From the NCBI GenBank assembly GCA_026770705.1, contig JANJGN010000027.1, positions 25,544,001 to 25,608,000 on the forward strand: a DNA stretch of 64,000 bases, read 5' to 3'. Below, piece after piece: positions 23,306-34,960 of the stretch. The position numbers were made by a program, and so were the translations under genes. Source of the stretch: Isurus oxyrinchus. Taxonomy: Eukaryota. A model generated the notes under the pieces. The model saw only the letters and a program-made list of their open reading frames with translations. It did not search any database and was not told where the DNA came from. Numbering within the stretch: the first letter of the stretch is position 1; each line of letters opens with the position of its first letter.

Positions 23306-24274
23306 CTGACCTTTGCATTGAAGCTTTTCACCTGCACAGTTTCAATGCTACCTACAGGCACAGGGGTCCAGCGTGAGGTTCCTGGCGATGCTGAGAGGTG
23401 TTTAGGTTCATTGCAGTCTCATCACAAACAAATATGTTAATCTGTTTTTATCAGTTGTTATGCCCCAGAGGTTTATGATGGATAATTTTAATTAGCATGC
23501 AAATTCTCTAGCAGCAGATTTAAAAATAGGCGTATATCGATGTACAAGCTAATCAACTGAATACATTGTCCTTATCAATGACAATTCTCCCAAAACAATT
23601 CGAATTCATCCCTGCATTTCATTTGGCAACTACATCCAGATAGACAGGTATTTGCATTGTACAATAGGGGTTGGGAGAAGATGTCATTTTCTGATTTTCC
23701 CAAGTCTAATACATTGGTATTAGTGTGTGTTGAATTGGCACTAATTATTATGCAAATCATCTCATCAATATGCTTGCATAAGTGAAAAAAAAGTCCAAAC
23801 AGATTCCCTGTAAGCCTTAGAATAATTATTGATACACTTTAGCAGATATTTTTTTCAGATGATTAAATAAGGTGAATCATATTGCAGATTTACACTTAAT
23901 TAACTTTTGAGATTATAATTATATTTCACCCATAACTTGCAACACTTCCCAGAGAGCAAACCTGTTGGTGTTTCCTCACAGGCATTAATGTTTCTGAAAT
24001 GGAGCAGGTTGTGGAGGATGGTATCTGATGCCCTGCACACAGGTTTCGTGTTTATCAAACGAGGTAAGGTGAGGGGTTCCACAGGTGTAACCTGAATCAA
24101 GATGCTTGGGCGGGTTACATGTAAAATGGTTGGCCCTAACATGGTATTAGTTAACCAGCTCCCTTTGCGTGGAGCTCCAGCGAGCATCAACCCAGTGTCC
24201 CAATGAAACTTGGCTTTTACTCAATCTTAGAATCAGAATCTGTCGAAAGAAATTCTGGTTTCCTTCCTTCTATA

Positions 24275-24620
24275 AAAGGTGGTGATGAGCTGCTTTCTTG
24301 CTGAATGTATCCAACTTGGTGGCCTGTTGGATTTCTTCAGAGGAGCATTTAAGAGTCAACCACATTGCTGTGGGTCTGGAGTCACATGTAGGCCAGACCA
24401 GGTCAGGTTGGCCGATTTCCTTCTCTAAAGGGCACTAGTGAGCCAGGATTTTTTTTTGTAAATGACTATCCGACAACTTTAAAGTCACTTTTACTTGTTA
24501 CCACTTTTTACAAAATGGAATGGAAACTGCCAGGGTAGGATCTGAGCCCACATTCTCTGAATTATTGGCCAGACCTCTGAATAATTAGCCCAGTGTGTCA
24601 AACCACTGGACCCATGCTCC
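24275..24620 (-). mobile_element. tRNA-derived SINE, family B
   Basis: TTAAGAGTCAACCACATTGCTGTGGGTCTGGAGTCACATGTAGGCCAGACCAGG is the reverse complement of the SINE body. Confidence 0.8.
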
Positions 24621-25329
24621 CAACTCAGGGTTGGTTTGCGAGACCTATGCAAGCATAGAAGTGAAAGGAGTTTCAATGTGGGTGTTGGAAGGTGTCTCTA
24701 ACCCATGGTTTGTACCTTACAGGCCAGCACTGACCCAGCGCAGGTTTATATCGTGGGACTGATTCCTCACTCCAATATTTGCTACCTGCTGACGCTTGCT
24801 TTGCTACCTCTATCCTTCATCCCAGGGGCTGGTGCCTCACTGATATTGAGACCCAGCAGCAGAGGTTATTTTTTCTGAAAGTGTGTTTTATTCATAAAAT
24901 TTTTAAAGATACATTATGCAATGTCACATCGGAACTGTTATGTGAAGTGCAATGCAGATCTTTCCATGCATTTCATGAGGTGACTCACTACTCTCACCAT
25001 TCCAAGGTTATATTTACAATGTACAATGGCATTTTATCTCAAACATTATCTGGTACATTCAGCCCATGGGGTTTGACATGGTTCCCTGACCCTGGAAATG
25101 TTCCTATCCAGCTGCTATAGTATAAATTGTGACAGTGTCACACACTGTGGGCAAGTTCAGTAAGTGTGTGTGTGTGTCTGTGTGTGTCCTCTATACACTA
25201 CATGCGGCCATAACATCAAACAGAGATATTAAGAACACATGAATAAAAAATGGTGAAAGTCCCTCCACTTGCAGCTAATGCAATTGCCTAATAATAATAT
25301 AAAAAACAGTAAAAATTACCAGATAACAT

Positions 25330-26300
25330 GCTTTCTTAGGGTCCAAAAAAAGCTGGACAGTAAATTCGTTGGCATCACAAACTCTAGCTAAGGCAGAAAT
25401 TTGGACTAGGGAAGGTGAAGAATTTGGATTTTAGCAGTGAAGAAAGGCTGGAACAGACCGACCAGGGAGGTGGTCTAAACCCACAGAGCGTATCACCATT
25501 GAATACATAAATACAGTTCAGGGCTGACTGATTTGCTAATGATGGCCAGGAGGAGTGAGAAACTGTCAGTGCAGCTAGATTGGAAGAGCATGTTTGCAAG
25601 TGTCAACTGTGACCAATTTATGAAATAATCTTGTGTTTTGAAGCAATTTAAAAAAAAACACCTAAGCCTTGACTGGTCCATGTTTGGTGAACATATTGTT
25701 TGAGCTTGGCGATCTCAGGATTTGGAGTCATTTTGACTTTGGTTTGTAATTGGCCTCCTCCATCTCACTGAAGCGTCAACGTTTTAAAATCTCAATTTCC
25801 TTGAATTTACCCAGACTCAATGCAGCTCATGGCAGTGAATGGGTTTCACTGTGAAGTCATTATATGATAAACTGTGGAGCACCCTGACAGGATGAGTTAC
25901 TGTAACCCAGTGTGATACGTGGAACAATAGAATGCAATCACCATCAGGCACTTGGCAAATAAAATCATATTCATGGAGTGGCAAAGATAAGGGCAATTTA
26001 ATTAGTAATAGAGTCGCATTTGTAGATTGAGAAGTTTCAGTACAGGAGGAGGCCATTCTGGCATTTTGAAAGAGTTTGAATGCATAAGAGATTATTGCTA
26101 CAGGTGAAGATGAAATGAGCTCAGGACTAAAAGCAGAAAAGGGGGAGGGAGAAGTGGTTTCTTCACACACTGGATTATTAGGATATGGAATCCATGACTT
26201 TAAAGAGCCAATGACAGCGTTCTAAAGAGAAATCAATAACATTTGAAGAACGTGAAAGAATTTGTAGAAGTGGGTGAATAGGTTGGATTTTCACAGCCTC
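25330..26300 (+). mobile_element. Highly decayed CR1-like fragments
   Basis: Degenerate matches to CR1 ORF2 and its 3' end (e.g. TTCACACACTGGATTATTAGGATATGGAAT). Confidence 0.4.
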
Positions 26301-26975
26301 CTCGAATTTCTGTCATTCCGCAGGTACAAGTTTTATTAGTTCAGGGCAGAGGTCACTGGACGTTAAGAGTTGTCAATCTGATTGTTGGGTGAGAAGAGCA
26401 ATGGAATACGGAAGACAAGTATCCTTGTTCCCTCCATGGCCGAGGTTCAATCCTATAACCAATAATTGGATCAATGTCAACCTTATTGATCATCTCCATC
26501 CCAAAATATCAATGGAATTTAAAAAGATGAAGGAAAGCAATCATCGTGTGGCTGTCACTCAGATCTCATCCAAAAGATTGCTTCTCTGGCAGTATAGCAC
26601 TTCCTCAGTATTGTTGTTGGGGGTGCCACCCCAAATCATAGATTCCAGTCTCGCATAGCTGATCAAATCATCCAAGACAGGGGGATCCAGGGGAGGGGAT
26701 GGGGTGGGATCAGGCTGTGGGACTACATAGTTGGTGGCAGCGGGTGGGAGTTTGAAGGGGAGAGAGATGTCCAGAAGGATGAAATCCTTCCAGCAGAAAC
26801 GAGGGTGTTGTGATTTGGAATCACCGTCACCCCTTCAGATGGAAGTGGATTCCATCTGAACTTTCAGAAAGTAATTGAAAAGAATTGGAGTGGGCTAATT
26901 GGATATGTCTTTCAAAGAGCTGTCGGAGCATGATGGGCCAGATGGCCTCTATGCTGTAAGATTCTGTGATTCTAT

Positions 26976-27649
26976 GTGCAGAATTGTTTGCTTGGCATGT
27001 GGGCGCGCGCCTGATACACTCGAGCGTAAAATAGTGCGCGATGACATCAGGCGAGCATCCTGACAGCATCGCGCACTCCCACGATATTTAGGTCAGCAGG
27101 CGCACACTAAACTCGGAAGCGCGCCCGCCGACAATTAAGAGGGCAATTAAACCTGTTAACAGCGCAATTAACTGGGATTTTGCGCAGCCTGTCCAACATT
27201 ACAGTTGGCGGGCGAGCGAATCAGCCAGACGGCCTTTGCATTTTTCAGGAAACCTCATCCAAGGACAGGATGAGGTTTCCGACGTTAGCTTTAAAAAAAA
27301 AATGTTTGCAGAGAATTTTCATCATCCGTTCGTCCTGGTGGCCGACGCTTGGGCTTTTTCTCCCGGTTTTAAAATCTTCATTTTTGACATTTAAATTCGT
27401 CAGCTCCCTGAAGAAGCTCTCTGCTTTCGGGGAGCTTTCATTCTGCGCTCCCCCACACCCACAGTGACCTCAGCACTCACCCTCCTCCTGCCCACAACCC
27501 AGGCAGCGCTGATCATATCAGCGCCCGCTTCATACTGGATAACCGTTAATTGGCCAGCCAGCGTGAAATCGCGGTCAGGGACCTGTCACAGTCGGCGGTC
27601 CGTTCCTCAATGGCATCTGGGCCCTCCCACTGAGCTGAAAATTCAAGCG
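26976..27649 (+). mobile_element. Non-autonomous Harbinger derivative (MITE)
   Basis: Termini GTGCAGAATT...AAAATTCAAGC. Both subterminal regions align with the ends of the autonomous-type copies. Confidence 0.78.
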
Positions 27650-29734
27650 ATGTCTGTGTTTTGTGTTTGCAGTGAGGCCATAGCCCAGAAAGAACTCCGG
27701 ACATCAGGAAGTTAGTGCTCACACTTAACCAAGTGGAACTCCCAATGTTTTAACCTGATACCCACTTTATATACAAAAATCCAAAATGTTAAAGAGTTTT
27801 GTAACGGAAATGGGAAGCGACAAAGCCAAATTAGTTTATTTAATATCTTTAATTAAGTAATGCTTCATCAACCTCGGAGAAGGTGAATCCAGTTCCAATC
27901 AGGGAAGCAGGGAGCTTGATGAGTTCTGAGACTGATTACCACTTCCCTCGCTCGATTTAAAGCGGAGAAATAGAATGTTGAGTGTTCTTGTTTTCAAAAA
28001 GGGGCTTTGGCTAAAGGTCAGGGTTTCGCAAAACATTCCCCCGTGGGAGGGAGGGGATGTCAAACACCCAAACAATGGGTTAGGTTGGACATCTACCCTA
28101 AACAATACGTGGCCATCTCTTTTCCCACTTGGATCAAGTTAATTATAAGACAATTCTCCAATCATCTCGGGCTAGACTGAGAGGCTGAAAAGACTCAGCT
28201 CCCTGTTGGCCAATGTTGACCAATCAGGAATGGGCTTTTACCATTCCTGCAAGCTCAGAGACTTCCACCTTTGAAAACTCGGGGCTGGGGTGGGTGTGGG
28301 AGGAGGGATTAACCTCATTATTTTGTGTATTCTGTGGTCTTGCCTTTGGGGGCTGTTCATCTTGTGGTTCTCAGGAGTGTGAAATAATCAGACTATTTAA
28401 CGCAGATACTGTGTAGTGGGCTCTGTTCCTATGTCAGTTCCTGCCCAGTTACACACAGCCTATCACTGATTGTGACACTGTATTAAAGCAGAAGGGATAA
28501 GTGGTTTCACCTAAAGCTGAAAGCATTTGGAAGACAATATTTCACAGGTTTGAATGAAATATAAGTTTGTCAAAAACACAGAGCTACCCCTGAAAGCTTG
28601 TCCTACTGCAGATGATTTGGATTTAACACACAGCCTGTGTTTTTGGAAGAGGTTCTCCTCTATGCTGCTCCAGAATTTAACATCATGTCCATCTGATTTG
28701 GATAATATCAGTCTTTTGATCAAATACTAAACCAGGTTTATCCCTGCACCAAGAAACTCTTCAACTCAATCCCAAGAACTTCCTAAATTTTTCTTCTATT
28801 CAGAGAAAACTCAGGGTCGATCTGGGTCTAATCCGGGTCACCCTGGGTCTGATCCGAGTCACTCTGGAAATGATCCAGGTCTGGTCCGGGTCAGTCTGAT
28901 TTAATGCCATTTTCATCTGGAAGCAAACCAGCTTTTAATCTGCTGCGGTTGAATGAAACAATAAAATTACCTTGGAAGAATTAGACACCTACATATCCCC
29001 TAATAGCCAAGGCAATTGTTGCAAAGGGTAATTCAACACTGAGAGAATCTTCTGGGTTGACAGATGTGATCCTGCCGGGTCTGTCAATATTTGTGGTCCC
29101 CACCCACCCCAGCTAACCCTAATGCTGCACAGCCAGGTTATCACACAACGTACAGGCAATTCTTGCAAAAACAATCTCAATAAGTAACTTTAATCGGGCA
29201 GTATCCTTACTATAATCAAAGCCACTGCCTAACTGAAGAAGGCAAACTTTGTTTCATTCCATGTTCCGAGGGCTGGAGAGGACAAGTAGTAATCCACAAA
29301 ATATTTAATAAATACATGAAGAGAGGAAATAGCAGAGATTTGGGAATCAAGTGGGACTAGCTGGACAGACTTTCAAAGATCCAGCACGTATGATAGGCTG
29401 AATGTCCTCCTCCCGTGTTACAAGATTTTATGATTCACAAGAATACCAGAAATTAGGAGCAGGACCTGGACCATTCCGCAACACCACCCCCCTACTCCAA
29501 ATCTGCTCTGTTATCCAATACGATCATAGCTGATCAACTCCACTTCCCTACATTCTCTCCATTCCCACCCTGTGATTGTGTGTGAGGATTTCCTAGACTC
29601 TCGGGCATTGACTTGCACTGAGACCCTGTTTACATTTCAGAGATTTCCTCCCTCAGTAATTTAGGGATTACAGGGTTGACTTCCTGAGTCCAGATATAAC
29701 TCTAGCATTCCCTTCCTACTTCTGACAAACTAAC

Positions 29735-30398
29735 AGGTTGCACTTCCCTCGATTTGGTCTACTACATTCGCTGCTCCCAATGCGGTCTCCTCTACATTGG
29801 AGAGACCAAACGTAGACTGGGCAACCGCTTTGCAGAACACTTTCAGTCTGTCTGCAAGCATGACCCAGACCTCCCTGTCGCTTGCCATTTTAACACTCCA
29901 TCCTGCTCTCTTGCCCACATGTCTGTCCTTGGCTTACTGCATTGTTCCAGTGAAGCCCAACGCAAACTGGAGGAACAACACCTCATCTTCCGACTAGGCA
30001 CTTTACAGCCTTCCGGTTCAACAACTTCAGACCATGAGCTTTCTCTCCCATTTTTACCCCTTTTTTAATCCGATTATTTTATTCTTTTTTTATTTTTATT
30101 TATTTATTTATTCCCACCCCCACCCCCCCGATGGGGCTGTCATTTGTTTCTATGTGGTGTTTTCACAAAGCACTGACCCTTGTTCTGCTCTTAACACATT
30201 CTGCTACCTTATCTTTATGTCACTATCCGCACCTCCTTTACTCTTTAACATTACCATCAATACTCCCTTTGTCTCGTATCCATGACATCTTTGTCAAATT
30301 TCTCCTGAGCTCCCACCTATCCCTGACCTTCCATTTTGCTCCACCCGCTCTACCCCCTCTTAACCAGTATAAAATCCATCACCTTTCTACATCTCACT
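29735..30398 (+). mobile_element. Penelope-like element 3' part (GIY-YIG), split by Harbinger copy 2
   Basis: VYYIRCSQCGLLYIGETKRRLGNRFAEHFQSV...RKLEEQHLIFRLGTLQPSG. The 3' region continues at 34672. Confidence 0.92.
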
Positions 30399-30654
30399 GG
30401 GCAACATCTTGAGGTCATCTACGGAAGGGCCCGAGAGCGGGTAGGAAATGATCTGTCACCCGTGATCGGCCCCCGACTGCAGTTTCATGCCAGCGGGCCA
30501 ATTACCGCTCGCCCAACATGAAACGTGGCTCATCACTGGTCGGGAAGGGCCAAGCGGGAGGGGTGCGGGTACCTGTTGGCTTAAAAACAGCCCAGGCAGG
30601 ACCTGGAAGACTGTCATGGAAGAACGTCTCCTCTGCGCCTTCAACATTCAAGTA

Positions 30655-32690
30655 ATGGAATCGGGTGCGGCTGGAGACCCCAGGCGACAGAGGGCAGGTC
30701 GGGTGGGCACTCGGCCCCCTGCTTTTCGGATGAGCGCCTCGCGGTCCTCCTGGAGGAGGCGGCTGCCAGGAGGGACACCCTTGTCCCCAGAGAAGGGAGG
30801 AGGAGGCCTCCGCACCTCACCAAGAGGGCATGGGAGGAGGTGGCAGCTCTGGTTAGCAGCCATGATGTTGTGCGGCACACCTGGGTCCAGTGCCGCAAGA
30901 GGTTCAATGACCTGCTGTGCTCAGGAAGGGTGAGTGCCATGTTGGCATGGGTCAGTGTGCAGAAGTGTTAAGGTGTGGCCTTCCCCCTGTGGGCCTCAGA
31001 GGTGTCAAAGTCTGAGTGCCAACTGTCAATGACGCCGGAGCTGGCCAGGGAAGGTGTGCCCTGGCTGCTTGGACTGAGGGCCTTGCAGCTTGAGGGCCAC
31101 GATTCGGATGTGCCATGTGAGGTGTAGCTCAGCTGGAGTTGGCAAGGCTGCAATGGCGCTCAGGTACACAGCGGACTAATCAATGCTCCTCTGTCCTTTC
31201 AGGAGAGGACGAGCCACAGTCAAGCAAAGAGGGCACATATAGGCGGAGACCACCCACCCACCCCACAACCCACCCACCCCCCCCACCCCCTCCCCACCCC
31301 ACCCCCCCAAACCTCCCCCCCCACCCCACCCCCCCCACACCTCCCCCCCATCCCACCCCCCCCCCACCACCCACCCACCCCCCCACCACCCACCCACCAC
31401 CCCCAACCCCATCCCCCACCCCACCCCCAACCTCCTGCGGTTCAGCAGGTTTGAGCAGGACATCCTTGAGCTGGAGAGATGGCACATGTACAACCGGGAG
31501 TGGAGAGACAGGGGTGTCAGAGGAAGGTAAAGGCACAGTGCACAGAGGTGAGAGTTTTGGATTGTGCCACCATTCTAGTGCAGCCTCTTCATTGATGGGA
31601 GCCTCAAACCTGGAGAACCCCATTGATCATTGAAAGCTGAGGGCAGATCTCCACTGTCTCACCAGGGTGCCTGGCCTGTACAGTGACAGTGTAATGACTT
31701 TAACTAATGACATGTCCTTGTTCTCCATTTTAGATTCACCAGCTCACACTCACTGTTTGGACCCCGAAGGACCACCCCTGCTGCCGGACGACCACCGGAC
31801 TTCATTTGCACCTGCGTCACAGCCTCTCTCTGAAGCAGGCACCAGCGCAGATACCAGCATCTCGGTGGGCATTAGATGCTTGGCTAGAATGTCAGTGCAC
31901 ATTGATGAGGGCACTTCCCACTCACTTGAGGTGCAGGCGGAGGCAGAGAGTGCCCAGGACTCTGGCAGTCAGAGCACGGCTGGAGACCTGGACTATGTTC
32001 AGCTGAAGGCGGATGATGAGCCTCTGGAGTCGTCCATTAGGCAGCAGATGCTGGATGTCCAGCGGGATGTGTGGGAGGATCTGGCAAAGATCCATGAGGG
32101 TCTGGGTGCCATGGTCTCCATTGTGAAGGAGTCCATGCAGAGTGTGACCACTGTGTTGACCCTCATGGTCGAGCACACTGCCTCCTCCATTGAGAGAGTG
32201 GTGACTCTCATGGAGAGGCAGCTCCAGGGACAGAACCAGGGGTCCCTGGGGATGCACCAGGGGGCACACAGGCAATGACCTCAGGTGGTCAGTGTCCATA
32301 TGGGAGATGGATGAGGCACCCAGTATCCCAGTTAGGTGCCCATCCATCAATGGTGAGCAGGGTGGTCCAGAATGACTTCACGTTGGTGCACAAGCTGCTT
32401 CTCGTCTCTGTGGGCTCCTCTCAGGGCGCTCTGGATGATGGCAGCAGCTCCTCTGCCAGTGACCATCACATCTGATAAGGCTGCGATGACTGGGGAGATG
32501 CCAGGCGTGGCACTGGCCACTCCCTCCCAGGAGGGGCCAGCACAGGTTCCACTGGCCAGAGAATTACTGCCAAGGTCATCAAGGCCAACAAGACAGCAGG
32601 GTCAGCAGCTGTCTCTGATGCTGGTGCCAGTGAGGGGCAAGGGCACCAGAATGTAGCACTCGGAAATGTAAATTAAAGGCACCATGAGCA
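30655..32690 (+). pseudogene. Harbinger Myb/SANT-like gene; exons about 30655-30929, 31203-31548, 31734-32690
   Basis: FSDERLAVLLEE...KRAWEEVAALVSSHDVVRHTWVQCRKRFNDL (Myb/SANT-like trihelix). Donors are GTGAG, acceptors are TTTCAG and TTTAG. It has frameshifts. Confidence 0.85.
31248..31432. repeat. C-rich (CCCA)n-like low-complexity expansion
   Basis: About 185 bp of C runs interrupted by A, absent from the homologous exon in copy 1. Confidence 0.9.
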
Positions 32691-32992
32691 CAAGAGGGAC
32701 AGGTCACGGGTGATTTTCTGTTCATTTATGTTTGGTTTATCTTTACTGGTCTGGGAATGAAGACTGGAGAAGATTATGTACATTTTTTTGGGTTGTCAAA
32801 ATGAGATCAATTTTGTTTTTGTTGTAATGACCTGAGTCTGTTTTGCCTTTTTCTTCCTGGTGCAGGGTATGCCTGTATGTAATGCTGGACATGGGTGGGG
32901 AGTGGACTTTGGGATCAAAGGTAAGAGTCCTTTCAGACACCAGGGATGGAGGCAGCAGCCCTGGCATGAGGTTTAAGCTGATCTTTGGCAGC

Positions 32993-34168
32993 CTAGCTGA
33001 AGGAGCGTTGGATCAGGGTATCCCTGGTGTCCCTGCCTCCCTGGAGGTTACCGAAGTCTGGCTCTGTCTGTGCCCTCAGCATTCTCCTCACCATGCTCCT
33101 CTTCTGACACTACTGGATTCATCCTCTGGGGCCTGTGGAGCTGCGTCAAGATCCTCTTCCTCCAGTGGCTCCCCCCTTTGCCAGTGCCAGATTGTGAAGA
33201 GTGCAGCATGTAACCACTATCAGTGACACCCACTCTGGGTCTTATGGTCCTCTCTACCACTGCCCTTGTGGCTCCTACTGTAACGCTGCTCTGCCCCTGT
33301 TCTTGGGTGGCAGAGAGGCATCATGAGCCACCTCTTCAATGGATAACCCTTGTCACCCAGCAGCCATCCATCCAGATGAGCTGGAGCACTGAGGAGCCTC
33401 AGCACCTGGGAGAGTCTCAGGATGTTAAGCGTCATGGGAGGTGCCAAGGTACCTTGCGCAGACTTGCAGAATCTGCATCCTGTGGTCACACATTATCTGC
33501 ACGTTCATGGAGTGGAATCCCTTCCTGTTGACAAAGGCACCCGGCTGACCTCCTGGTGCCTTGATGGCCACATGTGTACAGTCTATAGCCCCCTGGACAT
33601 GGGGGAACCCAGCAATCGCTGCAAAGCCTCTGGCTCACTCAGCCTGGCTGGCCTCGTCTGTATGATAAAGAATAAAGGTCAGTACCTGCCTGAACAGATC
33701 TTCTGTCACCAGCTTCACACAACTGTGGACAGCTGATTGGGAGACTCCACACAGATCTCCCACCGAGCCCTGGAAAGAGCCAGAGGCAGAGAAGTTGAGG
33801 GCCACTGTGACCTTCAGAGCCACTGACATGGGGTGTCCACCCACACAGTTGGAGCTGATCTCAGGCCCAATCGTCTGACAGATGGAGGTCCCTGTCTCCC
33901 TGGAGAGGCAGACCCTCCTTTGGCATTGCACCTCAGACTTATTGAGTTAGCTGCATCACTGCCTGTAAACCCTGGCAGCGGGATAGTGGCGTCTTCTGCA
34001 GCCCCTTCTGTCCTCAACTTCCTGCTGGCCCTGCGCCCCTTGTGCCTGAGCCTCTCCTCCCACAGGTCCCTCCCCTGGAGGCTGCCTAGGGACACCTGGC
34101 CGCATCCCCTTTCTGGCCCTCTCTTTCTCCTCAGAGGAGTTGCCACCAGCGGAGACCACAATCCCCAT
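32993..34168 (-). pseudogene. Harbinger DDE transposase, disrupted
   Basis: MSVALKVTVALNFSASGSFQGSVGDLCGVSQSAVHSCV (HTH region), IDCTHVAIK, GWLLGDKGYPLKRWLMMP. It has frameshifts and an internal deletion. Confidence 0.92.
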
Positions 34169-34671
34169 TACTAGGGTAACGGGAGGCTGTCTGATATCTG
34201 GAAGGGTCCACATGGTCTGAATCCTCCGGGGGTCTTGGAGACACCAATGAGTCCTGAAATGATGCCTGGAAATGCTAACAATGAAGCCCTGAACAGAGAT
34301 GAAGCTGCCAAGTACCAATAAGCAACCAGCAGCAAGTGGTGTAGCAAACTCCCCACTACTGACACTGGCAATGCTGCCCGTGGATGAGGTATTTTAAGAT
34401 GTCGCTGGCCACCTGCCCTTTTAGCCTGTGCAACCATCACAAAATCGGGCGGGCGACAAAAAAATCGGCGTCAATTTGCTTTTTAATGACCTTAAGTGGC
34501 CTCTTAATTAATGGCGGGCGCAGCTTCCAACTCCCACTCGAGCCCTCCCACCGGAATATCACGCAAGTGCCCGGTGACACTGGGATGCTCTCCCAACATC
34601 ATCGCTCGCTGTTCTACACCCGATTGGATCGGGCACACGCCCGCCCACACACAGGATGTAATATTCTGCTC

Positions 34672-34753
34672 TTTAGCTCTGAAGGAGGGTCTTATGGACT
34701 CGAAAGGTTAACTCTGTTTTTCTCCCTCCACAGATTCTGCCAGACCTGCTGAG
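34672..34753 (+). mobile_element. Continuation of the PLE 3' end with hammerhead motif, running into the gap
   Basis: AGCT-CTGAAGG-A-GGGTC-ttatg-GACTC-GAAA-GGTT-AACT followed by the PLE terminus. Confidence 0.85.
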
Positions 34754-34960
34754 NNNNNNNNNNNNNNNNNNNNNNNNNNNNNNNNNNNNNNNNNNNNNNN
34801 NNNNNNNNNNNNNNNNNNNNNNNNNNNNNNNNNNNNNNNNNNNNNNNNNNNNNNNNNNNNNNNNNNNNNNNNNNNNNNNNNNNNNNNNNNNNNNNNNNNN
34901 NNNNNNNNNNNNNNNNNNNNNNNNNNNNNNNNNNNNNNNNNNNNNNNNNNNNNNNNNNNN
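34754..34960. other. Assembly gap (N run)
   Basis: Run of N. Confidence 1.

Larger units (their letters stand above)
30399..34671 (-). mobile_element. PIF/Harbinger DNA transposon, copy 2, full length (about 4.27 kb), decayed
   Basis: Imperfect TIRs GGGCAACATCTT and AATATTCTGCTC. It cleanly interrupts a PLE 3' region and contains a transposase (-) and a Myb/SANT gene (+). Confidence 0.9.
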
